Shown here: positions 1 to 16,842 of the stretch, piece after piece
Layout: each line of letters begins with the position of its first letter
Numbering within the stretch: the stretch's first letter is position 1
NCBI RefSeq assembly: GCF_009914755.1
Contig: NC_060927.1
DNA from: the human T2T-CHM13v2.0 reference genome, Homo sapiens
DNA: 64,000 nt
Reading direction: 5' to 3' (one strand)
Position numbers and translations under genes: made by a program
The notes under the pieces: model-generated
Seen by the model: only the letters and a program-made list of their open reading frames with translations
Databases searched by the model: none
What the model was told of the DNA's origin: nothing

Positions 1-1617
1 ACAGAATGCATGGATAAGCGTTGGACAATTAGAATACAGCTATCATGTGACTCAAAACCCCATATTTCTAGAATGAGCAAGCATACTATTAGAATGAGCA
101 TTCATATTATTAGAGCTATATTATTTTAAAACAGCTACTAGATTAAGAAAGGCGCCCCTGCCTAGTCCCTCTGCTGCCTTTAAGCATGTATGTGAAGTGT
201 GAGAGACAGGTGATCACCACAGGTTCAAATAGAATTTTGTATGTGAATGTGGGTATAATATAACATTCTCCAGCTCCAACTTTGAATATGTGTAAGGCAG
301 TCCCTGAGGAAGTTCTCTTCCTGACTACATATGAGCTATCCTCGTAGGGTAATTGCAAGAGTCTGAAATTCTATACTACCTAGTTTGGAGAACAAGCTGG
401 TGTAATTTGAATTTTACCATTCATGAAACCACATTTGTATTCCCAGTAGTTTTGGAGAAGTGTGGTTGGATCCCTCCTTTGTGTAAAATCTCAGATCTCT
501 CCTCCGACAGCTCAGGTTGAGCTCATGATACCTGTCTCCATGAGTTAAGATATAATGACAAGGTAATCTGATGATTTACTTTCCCTCTGTATGCCTTTGG
601 GGTTTCTTTTCTTTTCTACCAGCAAATAATCAGGTAAGTGAAGTGATTTATGCTAGTGCAGATTTGAACTATGGGTTTGTTTAAAATTTGATATTTTGTT
701 AATCATAATTTTTTGCATTAACTTAGATTTCATTTTTTAAAATTGGTGCAAAAAATTGTGATTAACAAAATATCATTTAGATTTTTAAAATCAAAACTTA
801 CGTAAAAATGTTGCATTATTATATTATTTACCTCAATAGCTAATTCTGTGTGTGTGTGTGTTAGGAGCATATCTTCTCTTAAGTGTTTTGCCTGAGTGAA
901 GTGCCTACTCACGTTACCATATTCTCCGTGCTGGAAACAAGTATGTATTTATTAAAGCTTTGTTTTCCCTTTTAAAATAGTTTCCTTGGCTAGTTATATG
1001 AACTTAGATTCATTACATAACCAGTCCTTCTTGGGATAAAAACCAGATGGTGAATTGTTGTGCTCTGAGATAGATTTTGCTTTTGGAAATTTTCAGATAA
1101 TAAAGATTGCCACTTCATGTAGGTTTTGAAGAAGCCCTGAGGGTAATTGCAAAGGAATGACTAAAAAAGATATTGGACACAGGGATATCATTAAATAATA
1201 GATCTTTTTAAAAGTTGGTGCTCTGAAGATCCATTTCGGTAGTTAAGGTGAAGGTATGTTTGCTCCAAAGGCCACATTATTTTCTTTGTGTGCCACATAT
1301 TTTTGATGAAGTAAATTTGAACTTACATAGTTCACATCATCCTGATGAAAAAACATATTAATTCCTTAAATAAATGCATGTGCTTATTTTGTTGACACAA
1401 ACTAGAAATATGTATTTCTGAGAGGATAATATCTGGAATATGTATTTTCTCATTTACTGCACTGTTACTGAAAAAATCCTGCAAAGATTTTGTCTTAGGT
1501 CATTGTATTGTGGCCACATGCCTTCATATTCTTGATATGTCTGTATCTGCACACACCTATTTCTAATTTTTTGTTGTAACAGCTTTTGCCTGAAAGCGGT
1601 TTAGAATTTCTGTGATA

Positions 1618-7530
<5,913 letters not shown>

Positions 7531-7654
7531 AAAATTGCTGTGATATTTACTTTAAGAAAGCTAAGCATTGCAGACCTTCTTGGTGCTATTGGTATTTGTT
7601 ACAAACCATAGTTGTTACCCAGTCACAATCACACATAGTACCAACTCTCCAATC

Positions 7655-7900
7655 TTACATATATTCTCATTTTTCTTGGGAAAATACCTAGGTGTAAATT
7701 TATTGAATTATGTAGTAAGTGACTGTAAGGAACTTCTGAACTGTTATTAAAAAGATCTGCATCATTCTTATTCCCACCAGAAATGTATGAGTTTTTGTGG
7801 TGCTGGATGCTTGCCAGAACTTTGTGTTGCCTATTTGTTTCCTTTTGTTATTCTAGTAGATGGGTAGGGGTATCCAGTGCGATTTACATTTTTATTTCCC
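7655..7900 (-). mobile_element. Ancient L1M 3' ORF2 fragment
   Basis: Degenerate L1 motifs (cttgggaaaatacctagg, attcccaccagaaatgtatgag). Confidence 0.55.
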
Positions 7901-8972
7901 CAGCCACAAAACATGAAGATTTCTGTTACTCAAGAAAACTGACTGATGGTCAGTTTTAACTGGGTAATAGTTTAAAACTTTTCAACTTGATTCTTCTAAG
8001 ATTATCTAACACGTTATACATAAAGTAATATATATTATTATTAGCAGAAATATAATGAGTTTATACTTCAAGAGTAGGGAACTACTTAAGGAGATAAATG
8101 TAACATCTGTTAATTTATTTGCAGTCAGCCTAATTTAAAATTTTAAAGCATAATAGGTATTTATTTTGTTGGTGGTTTTGTTTTCTAAGAAATAGTAAGT
8201 CAAAACTAATAAAAAATCAACTGGTTACATTTTCATTATAAGTAGTAATTTATATGCAATATTAGAAACTTCAAATATTATTTTGTATTGGTGTACATAA
8301 AAAGTAATTGTAGAATTAATTATTGACTATTTTTCTTTTAGTAGTCAAAACTATTCATTTATGATTTTAAGTGTGCTTGGCTTTAAGTATATACTGACTG
8401 CTTAGGAATTTAGCTCTTCTCATACTTCAAAACACTTTGAATAAATAGTAAGTGCTTTTGAAAATACTTTTCTGTGCATGTTCTGATGGCTAGGGACTGG
8501 TAATAAGTTACATGCCTGTGTCAAGTGCAGGTCTGGTGTAGAATTACTATCAACTACATTGATAAATGATGCAATTTACTGTAGTATTCTGATTTTTTTA
8601 ATAACATTACACTGCTATGTAGAGTACTTCACCTATTTTTTTTTCTGATGGAGGAATTGACACTGTCAAGTGAATATAAATAAAGTTGAAAATACTTTGA
8701 TACACAATCCTTGAGATAATTTATACATAATTTTTGATAATTCTGACTCCCTAAATTCTTTTTTCTTCGATTATAGAAACTGATCAAGTGCATGTATTTG
8801 CTTGAATATGCACATATTGCCAGCATTTATCCATTCAATTTTGTATTTATACACTGGAGCCTCACCTATTCTATGTAGATAATTTCAAAGAATTCAAATA
8901 AAAAAAACAGGATGGTGACAATTCATTATTTTGACTTTACTGTCTTAGGAGACAATGATGGTGTTCTATTAA

Positions 8973-9207
8973 AGTGCTACTCAAAGTATGTTTTGTGGGT
9001 GGATGTTGGTCCACAAACATAGTGGCTTACAATGACATATGTTCAGAAATTGAAGGCACACATTTTGAAACTTTTAAAGTAATTGGAAATCGTCATGACT
9101 TCCAAGCAGTGCAATGCAGAAAAGTTGGTCTATGATGACCTGGGGTGGGACAAGGGCCAGGGGTAGGGTTAATATGATCCTTCATTAGATGCTTTGAAAA
9201 ACGCTTA
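8973..9207. mobile_element. Probable hAT-Charlie (MER5-like) DNA transposon relic
   Basis: Terminal-like sequence agtgctactcaaagt at the left and a degenerate inverted tttgaaaaacgct at the right. Confidence 0.4.
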
Positions 9208-9255
9208 TCGATAACATAATAGCAATTCTCTGAATTCTTTGACTTTGAAATATAA

Positions 9256-9405
9256 CTTTATTGAGTGCTATGTGTCAGGTACCATGCTAAATATTTTACA
9301 GTGGTGTCTTATTTATCCCACATACGATTCCTACTGTGTGTTCTTGTTGGATCCATTTTACAGAAGCGCAAAGAAGTATCTTGCTTAAGGTCACACAGCT
9401 AGCAG
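9256..9405 (-). mobile_element. MIR SINE
   Basis: tttattgagtgct...ccattttacaga...ttgcttaaggtcacacagctag MIR core. Confidence 0.7.
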
Positions 9406-9689
9406 ATACATATCAAGATAACTATGGAGAATAAAGTAGCTTTAGTTAAACTGATAATTCTACTTTGACAGTAGTTCTTGCTGGTTTTGGCTCTTACATG
9501 TGCAACCGAAGGACAGTAAGTGATGTATATACATTGTAGGACTTTCTGAGACGTGTGCCTCTGGTTTAGGATGGATGAGTGGACAACCAACCTAGATAAA
9601 TCACAGCCTTACTATTTCAGGGGTGAAAAGAATCCTCTGTCCCAGTGTGAACACTTCAGATATATGTTACCACATAAAAAAACATAAAT

Positions 9690-9828
9690 CTCACTCATAA
9701 CCAATAGGAGAGCTCCAACACATTCATGAAAGATCCACCGTGGAGACCTAAATACCTCGCAGTAGGCCCCACATCCAACATCGCAGAACAAATTTCAGCA
9801 TGAGATTTGGAGGGGACAGATATCCACA
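9690..9828 (-). mobile_element. MaLR LTR fragment (MST/MLT1A-like)
   Basis: aaatttcagcatgagatttggaggggacagatatcca, typical MaLR LTR 5' end in reverse orientation. Confidence 0.6.
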
Positions 9829-11106
9829 GTGCCTTCCTTTGTTGATTCTAATTGGCTCTGAGGCTGAAAATTTAATGATTAAATATATTAGGTGTTGAGT
9901 AAAAGGCTAAGGTATTCCCATTTGATAAGTGTATTGAATTGACACATAGAAGATGTGACAATGCTTGTGTTTCTTCAAAGTATCTTTTGTATTTGTTTGA
10001 TTCCTGGATTTTGGTAGATTCTGGTTAGGAATTATTGCCAGATGAGGGTTCTGATAGCTGAGCTCTTATTGTACTTAGCAAACTCATTAGTAAGTATCAG
10101 AACTTTGTCGTGTGTTCTTTGTGTCTCTTCCATATTCAGATTCAATAGAGACAAAAGTATTATCAATATTTTTATTCAAATAAGATAAATGTCAAACATG
10201 TTATATGCACATATTTACTAAAATAAACAGCAAGATGTTTATTTCAAGGTGAGAGATGATACTACTAAGCTTTTCTGTCTTGGCTGGCTTCTCCTTGCTT
10301 TACATAACTGCATCACTAACACAGAGCTGAATAGGTGCAGCTGTTGCTTTCTGTATTATAATGATCACTATTAATTCCTCCTGGCAAATCTAGCCCTCGG
10401 GTATCAGTATCAGTGAGTTAGGAAACAAAGACTGATCTGAAATGCTGGAGGTGGTGAAGGGAGTACTTCAGGGATAAAAAAGGGTTTTCTGATTTTTTCA
10501 GTATAGTTTTAAAACTTGGCTTTTTGGCCTGCCAACAATGTGAGATTACAGATGCTTTGGAATTATATTTACTTGGAGGAGGGTAGACAGAGAAAGATTT
10601 TATTTTGTATTTCATTTTACTGGATGCCTTTTGACATTCTGGGCAGCATCAATTGGCAAAGGTGATTATGTAATCAATAGGGCAGAAGAAGAGCTCAGGG
10701 TTGCAATTAACATGTTATTGTACAAATCAAAGGAACAGTAAAAGGCAATTTGTTCAACTTGTCACCTGGCCTGGACAATGTGTGTGCAGACAATAAGGGA
10801 GACAGAAAATTGGAGTGGAGAAGCAAGAAACTCAAAACACTCAGGCTTTTGTTTACTTTCTTTTCAACTTAGTATTAGCCAAGGTTACCTGTCTGACAAC
10901 TTTAAAGTAGGTGACAAGGATCAATGATGTATTATTTCCAGTTTTTAAACTAACATTTAGAGAAAGATTAAATAATCTAAGTTATTTGGATGCTAGTTTT
11001 ATAATTTTTAATATCTCATATTACATCTCTATATTTGAATTTAAGACAGTCAATATAATCGTTCTATTGGGATAAAACTTTGCTTTCTAACAAATCCCAG
11101 GCAATG

Positions 11107-11377
11107 GGTGCACTCCCTGCACTTTGGGAGGCCAAGGCAGGCAGATTGCTTGAGGCCAGGAGTTTGAAACCAGCCTGGCCAACATGGTGAAACTCTGTCT
11201 CTACTAAAAATATAAAAATTAGGCAGGTGTGGTGGTGCATGTCTGTAATCCCAGCTTCTTGGGAGGCTAAGCCACGAGAATTGTTTGAACCTGGAGGCGG
11301 AGGTTGTAGTGGGCTGAGATGGTGCCACTGCACTCCAGCCTGGACAATCGAGCAAGACTGTCTCAAAAATAAAGAAA
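11107..11377 (+). mobile_element. 5'-truncated Alu (Sz/J-like)
   Basis: Alu body from gcactttgggagg to an A-rich tail; TSD-like aacaaatcc(c/a)aggca on both sides. Confidence 0.9.
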
Positions 11378-11879
11378 AACAAATCCAAGGCATGAAATAA
11401 TTATTCATCTAATAGCCCCTATACAACTCACAGCATGTTACAAAAATTTATGAAGACAAAGTTGTGAAACATTCCAGAATAAAATAAATAATGATCATAT
11501 GATAAGTCTTCCTATAATTTAGTTATGTTTGATTTAAAAAGTAGAGCTTTGGATAAAATCCTTAGGTATATGAAAAATAATTTAATGGAATCTCATTCTG
11601 TTCTTAAAGAAACTACTTAAAGGATATATTACTATTTGATACTTATAAGCCTTATAAAGTAGTTTGCACACATGTTATCCTTCTATCACCATATAATATT
11701 AGCAGATTAATAAATAGTGCTGTGTGTGGCATACCTTGGTCTTTGAAACTGAGCAACACTTCACAAATGGCCTAATCTCCAAGTATGAGTGTTTATATTT
11801 TTGTAATTATGTAGAACAAATGTATAATGATACTATTATCTCATTTCATGATTGAATATTTATTAATGATGTTATTCAC

Positions 11880-11945
11880 TCCCTCATTTATTCAATAAAC
11901 ATTTACGGAATATCTATATTGTACCAGGCATTGGGTTACATACTA
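11880..11945 (-). mobile_element. L2 3' end fragment
   Basis: ttattcaataaacatttac...tattgtaccaggcattgg, the L2 terminal motif. Confidence 0.55.
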
Positions 11946-11989
11946 TGTTTTTTTTTAACAGAATAAAAATATTTTTATAATGTTTTATA

Positions 11990-12152
11990 GCTTAGGATAG
12001 TGAAAAGAAGAGGCCCTCCAGCTAGATTGCTTTGTTTCAAAATTTACTACTGTCACTTACTAGATGACTAACTTTGGACAAATTACTGAACTTCATAGTT
12101 AAAGTTGAGGTAATAATATTTCTTTCATGAAGTTCTTGTAAGGATCAAATGA
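11990..12152 (+). mobile_element. MIR fragment
   Basis: tgtcacttactagatgactaactttggacaaattactgaac...gtaaggatcaaatgag. Confidence 0.55.
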
Positions 12153-12184
12153 GTTGTGTGGTGTGTGTGTGTGTGTGTGTGTGT
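12153..12184. repeat. (TG)n microsatellite
   Basis: Direct read. Confidence 0.9.
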
Positions 12185-12304
12185 ATAAATTAGGATACTA
12201 CCTGAGAAAAACTTTATACACACACACCTGTTGTTATATTATTTAACTAGATGTGGTTCTGACCTTAGAACTTGGCATTGAGTGGATGAGATAGATGCTA
12301 TCTC

Positions 12305-13035
12305 TATTAGTCAGGGATCTCTAAAAAGGTTGGACCAATAGGATGTGTGAATACATATACATACATACACATACATATATAAATTTATATATATAACTCT
12401 ATATGTAAATGTACATATAACATATATATTTGTTTTATGTATAGATAGATGGATAGATAGACAGAGAGAATAATGTAGCTTGAGAGTCCACAGGCAACCC
12501 AGAGGCAGGATTCCCTCTGTGTGTACTTGTGTTCAAATTTCTTCTTCTTCTTCTTTTTTTTTTTTTTTTTTTAGATGGAGTCTCGCTTTGTTGCCCAGGC
12601 TGGAGTGCAGTGGTGTGATCTTGGTTCGCTGCAAGCTCCGCCTTCTGGGGTTGACGCCATTCTCCTGCCTCAGCCTCCCGAGTAGCTGGGACCACAGGCG
12701 CCTGCCACCACGCCTGGCTAATTTTTTTTTGTATTTTTAGTAGAGACGGGGTTTCACTGTGTTAGCCAGGATGGTCTCGATCTCCTGCCTCATGATCCGC
12801 CTGCCTCGTCCTCCCAAAGTGCTGGGATTACAGGCATGAGCCACCATGCCCGGCCTCAAATTTCCTCTTCTTATAAGAACATTGGCCATATTGGATTAGG
12901 GCCATCCTCATGATTTTGTTTTAATTTAATCACCTATTTAAATAACCTGTCTGCAAATATGGCCACATTCTGAGTTACTGGGTACTAGAATTTCAGCATA
13001 TGAAAATTTCTGGGGGACATAGTTCAGTACATAAC
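12305..13035 (-). mobile_element. MLT-type LTR relic (MLT2-like start, MLT1B/C-like end) interrupted by AluY
   Basis: tattagtcagggatctc start followed by TA/TAGA simple repeats; after the Alu, cttcttataagaacattggccatattggattagggc...ggggacatagttcagtacataaca. Confidence 0.6.
12541..12855 (-). mobile_element. AluY
   Basis: Y-diagnostic gcaagctccgcc, cgccattctcctgcc and gtgttagccaggatggtctcgatctcctg; TSD tcaaatttc. Confidence 0.93.
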
Positions 13036-13386
13036 ACCAGCCTAATTCTATATAATACAACATACATGGTAATAACAATAGTTTATACACAATTCTGAGG
13101 AAACAGAGGTAGGAGTACTTTTCCCTAGGCAGTGATAGTGGAAGTTTTGGTAGCAGCTGGAGGGATAGGCATTTCAGTGAAGATGTTATTTACAAATGAA
13201 ATTAAGAAAAAGAATTCACCTTGAGTACAAGCAAAGAAAGCTTTCTAAATAGAGGGAAGAGCACAGGCACAATCAATGATGCACAGAAGTTCCTGGTTCC
13301 TTAGGGTTCTACAAGTCTTTCAGTTGAGGAGGTTGTGGGGAAGAGTGAGAGGAAGTGAGCTTCAGGACTGGGAAAGAATGTAAGTG
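13036..13386 (-). mobile_element. L2 fragment; continues at ~28340-28700 beyond the inserted L1 nest
   Basis: Degenerate L2-like purine-rich sequence that resumes collinearly after the TSD at 28339. Confidence 0.45.
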
Positions 13387-13736
13387 ATTTTTTTTTTTCT
13401 TTCCGACTTTTATTTCAGGTTCAAGGGATACATGTGCAGGTTTGTTACACGGGTAAACTGGATGTCATGAGGGTTTGGTAACCAGATTATTTCGTGACTC
13501 AGCTAATGAACATAGTACCCTATAGATAACTTTTTGATCCTTACCCGCCTTCCATGCCCCACCCTCAAGTAGGCCCTAATGTCTTTTGTTCCCTTCTTTG
13601 TGTCCGTGTGTACTCACAGGTTAGCTTCCACTTACAAGTGATAACATACAGTATTTGGTCTTGTGTTCCGGCAATAATTCACTTGAGATAATGGCCTCCG
13701 GCTGAATCCATGTTGCTGTGAAGGACATGATTTGAT

Positions 13737-14332
13737 TGAGGCAGCGCTCCTTTCGTGGGAGCACTAGCTGCGGGGGTCTGCCTGCAGACCCTGACCCAAA
13801 TGATGGATGAATAAAACGTACACTGATAACACAGATATTCTGTTTTGCCAGTCCTGCTGAATGTCCGACCGCCTACACACCAATAGAGTTTGTCACTGCA
13901 GCTGGCCTCAATCAGCTCGGGAGGCTTGCATTTATTCATTAAGATTGGTTAACAAAAGCTTGAGTTAACACCAATATATGTAATTAACATGGTTAAGAGA
14001 GTAGTTCTGCGAATGACTCAGGTAATGCGGTCTACAGTAAGTACTATTAGGGGGCAATATCCCTGGTTGACCTCCCCCCGAGAGGGCCATCTGGCTCAAA
14101 GGTTAGTTAATGGAGGTAGGGTAAACAGACTTAACAGGGGAAGCCTTTATTGTCCCTAGTATTTACCCTATGACCTAATGCTTTAAGGTAAGAACCAGCT
14201 GCCTTCAGTCTGTTCAATTATTACAAGCTATGTAACCTTTCGGCCTTCCAAAAAGGTTTGTGACTATTCCCTATAACTTTCCCTAATATTTCCCTTTAAT
14301 ATTTCTGCAACCATCCTGAGTGGATCCCAACA
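13737..14332 (-). mobile_element. Solo LTR, LTR22-type (HERV-K HML-5)
   Basis: Minus strand starts TGTTGGGATCCACTCAGGATGGTTGCAGAAATATTAAAGGGAAATATTAGGGAAAGTTATAGGGAATAGTCAC and ends in CA; internal AATAAA; perfect 6-bp TSD tttgat (13731-13736, 14333-14338). Confidence 0.85.
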
Positions 14333-15813
14333 TTTGATTCTTTTTTTACAGCTGCATAGTATTCCATGGTGTATATGTACCATATTTTCTTTATCTAGTC
14401 TACTATGAATGGACATCTAGGTTGATTCCATGTATTTGCTATTGTGAGTAGTGCTGTGAAGAACATATGCATGCATGTTTCTTTATGGTAGAACAATTTA
14501 TATTCCTTTGGGTATGTATCCAGTAATGGGATTGCTGAGTAAAATGGCAGTTCTGTTTTACATTCTTTGAGAGATCTCCAAACTACTTTACACAGTGGCT
14601 GAAGTAACTTACATTCCCACCAGCACTGTGTAAGTATTCCTTTTTCTCCATAACCTCATCAGCATCTATCATTTTTTGACTTTTTAATAATTACCATTCT
14701 GACTGGTGTGAAATGGTGTCTTACTGTGTTGTTTTGCATTTCTCTAATGATTAATGATGAGCATTTTCTCATGTGCATGGTGGCTGCATGTATGTCTTCT
14801 TTTTGAGAGGTGTCTGTTCATGTCCTTTGTCCATTTTTTCAATGGGGTTTTTTTGATTGTAAATTTGTTTAAGTTTCCTGTAGGTTCTGGATGTTAGACC
14901 TTTGTTGGATGCATAGATTGTGAATATTTTCTCCCATTCTGTAGGTTGTCTGTTTGTTGTTCATTTCTGTTGCTGTGCATAGACTTTTTAGTTTAATGAG
15001 GTCACACTTGCCAATTTTTGTTTTGGTTGCAATTGCTTTTGGAGTCAGAAGTCCAAATGTTACTTCCTACATTTTCTTCTAGAGTTTTTAGAGTATTAGC
15101 TTTTACATTAAAGTGTTTAATCCATCTTGAGTTGATGTTTGTATATGGTGAATGGTAAGAGTCAAGTTTCAGTCTTCTGCATATGACTACCAAGTTATCC
15201 TCACACCATTTACTGAATAGGGAGTCCTTTCCCCCATTGTGTGTTATTGTTGGCTTTGTTGAAGATTAGATGGTTGTAGGTGTGTGGTTTTATGTTTATG
15301 TTGTCTAACATGTTCCACTGTGCTATGTGGCTGTTTTAGTATCAGTACCATGCTATTTTAGTTACTGTAGCCTCATAGTATAGTTTGATGTCAGGTAGTA
15401 TGATGCCTCTGGCTTTATTTTTGTTTCGTTTTGTTTTTGCTTTGGACCGTTTTGGCTACTCAGGATCTTTTATAGTTCCATATGAGTTTTATAATGATTA
15501 TTTCTAAGTCTGTAAAAAATTGTCTTTGGTAGTTTGATAGGAATAGCATTGAATCTGTAAATTGCTTTGGGCAGTATGGCCATTTTAACAATGTTGAGTC
15601 TTCCTATCCATGAGCGTGAAATGTTTTTCTATTTGTGTCATTTCTGATTTCTTCCAGCAGTACTTGTAATTCTTGTTGTAGACGTCTTTCACCTTGCTGG
15701 TTGCCTGTATTTGTAGATATTTTATTCTTTTTGTGGTTACTGTGAATGAGATTATGTTCTTGATTTGGTTCTCAGCTTGGATGTTATTTGTGTATAGAAA
15801 TTTAACTAGTATT

Positions 15814-16183
<370 letters not shown>

Positions 16184-16842
16184 TTATCTCGGAGCCAGTG
16201 ACTATATCGTTTTTTGGTATAGAAGTATATCATCTGGAAAGAGAAATAGTTTGACTTCCTCTCTTGCTATTTTGATGTCTTTTATTACTTTATCTTGCCT
16301 ACTTGCTCTGGCTAGAACTTCAGTACTATGCTGAATAGAAGTGGTGAAAATGAGCATCCTTGTCTTCTGCTGGGTTTCAAGGGGAATGTTTCTAGCTTTT
16401 GCCCATTCAGTATGATGTTGGCTGTAGATCTGTCATAGATGGCTTTTATTATTTTGGAATATGTTCATTCAATGCCAAGTTTGTAGTGGGTTTTTTACAT
16501 GAAGGGATATTGAGTTTTATCAAAAACCTTTTCTGCATCTATTGAGATGATCGTGTGGTTTTTGTTTTTAGTTTTGTTTATGTAATGAACCACATTTATT
16601 GATTTGTGTATGTCAAACCAACCTTACATCCTAGGAATAAACCTACTTGATTATATTGGATTCACCTTTTCATGGGCTGCTGGATTTGGTTTACTAGTAT
16701 TTTGTTGAGGATTTTGCATCTATGTTCATCAGGGATATGGGCCAAAAGTTGTCTTTTATCATTCTGTCTCTGCCAGGTTTTGCTATCAGCATGATGTTGA
16801 CCTTGTAGAATGAGTAGGGTGGAATCCTTCCTCATTGACTTT

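Noticed and set aside
69-124. Imperfect 21-bp tandem repeat (tagaatgagca...)
   Set aside because: About 2.5 degenerate units with no spacers; ordinary slippage.
511-562. Possible exon upstream of the microexon candidate
   Set aside because: The donor is weak (gtaatc), and the remaining intron to 622 would be only about 60 nt.
346-1152. 13-mer agggtaattgcaa at 346 and 1140
   Set aside because: Only two copies and no surrounding similarity; compatible with chance.
8629-8826. Short ORFs in unique AT-rich DNA (also 61521-62051, 47910-48346)
   Set aside because: No recognisable protein similarity or paired splice sites; lengths are as expected by chance.
10140-10248. Possible exon (ttcag| ... 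aag|gtgaga)
   Set aside because: Stops occur in all three frames and the composition is intron-like; nothing supports it beyond the motifs.
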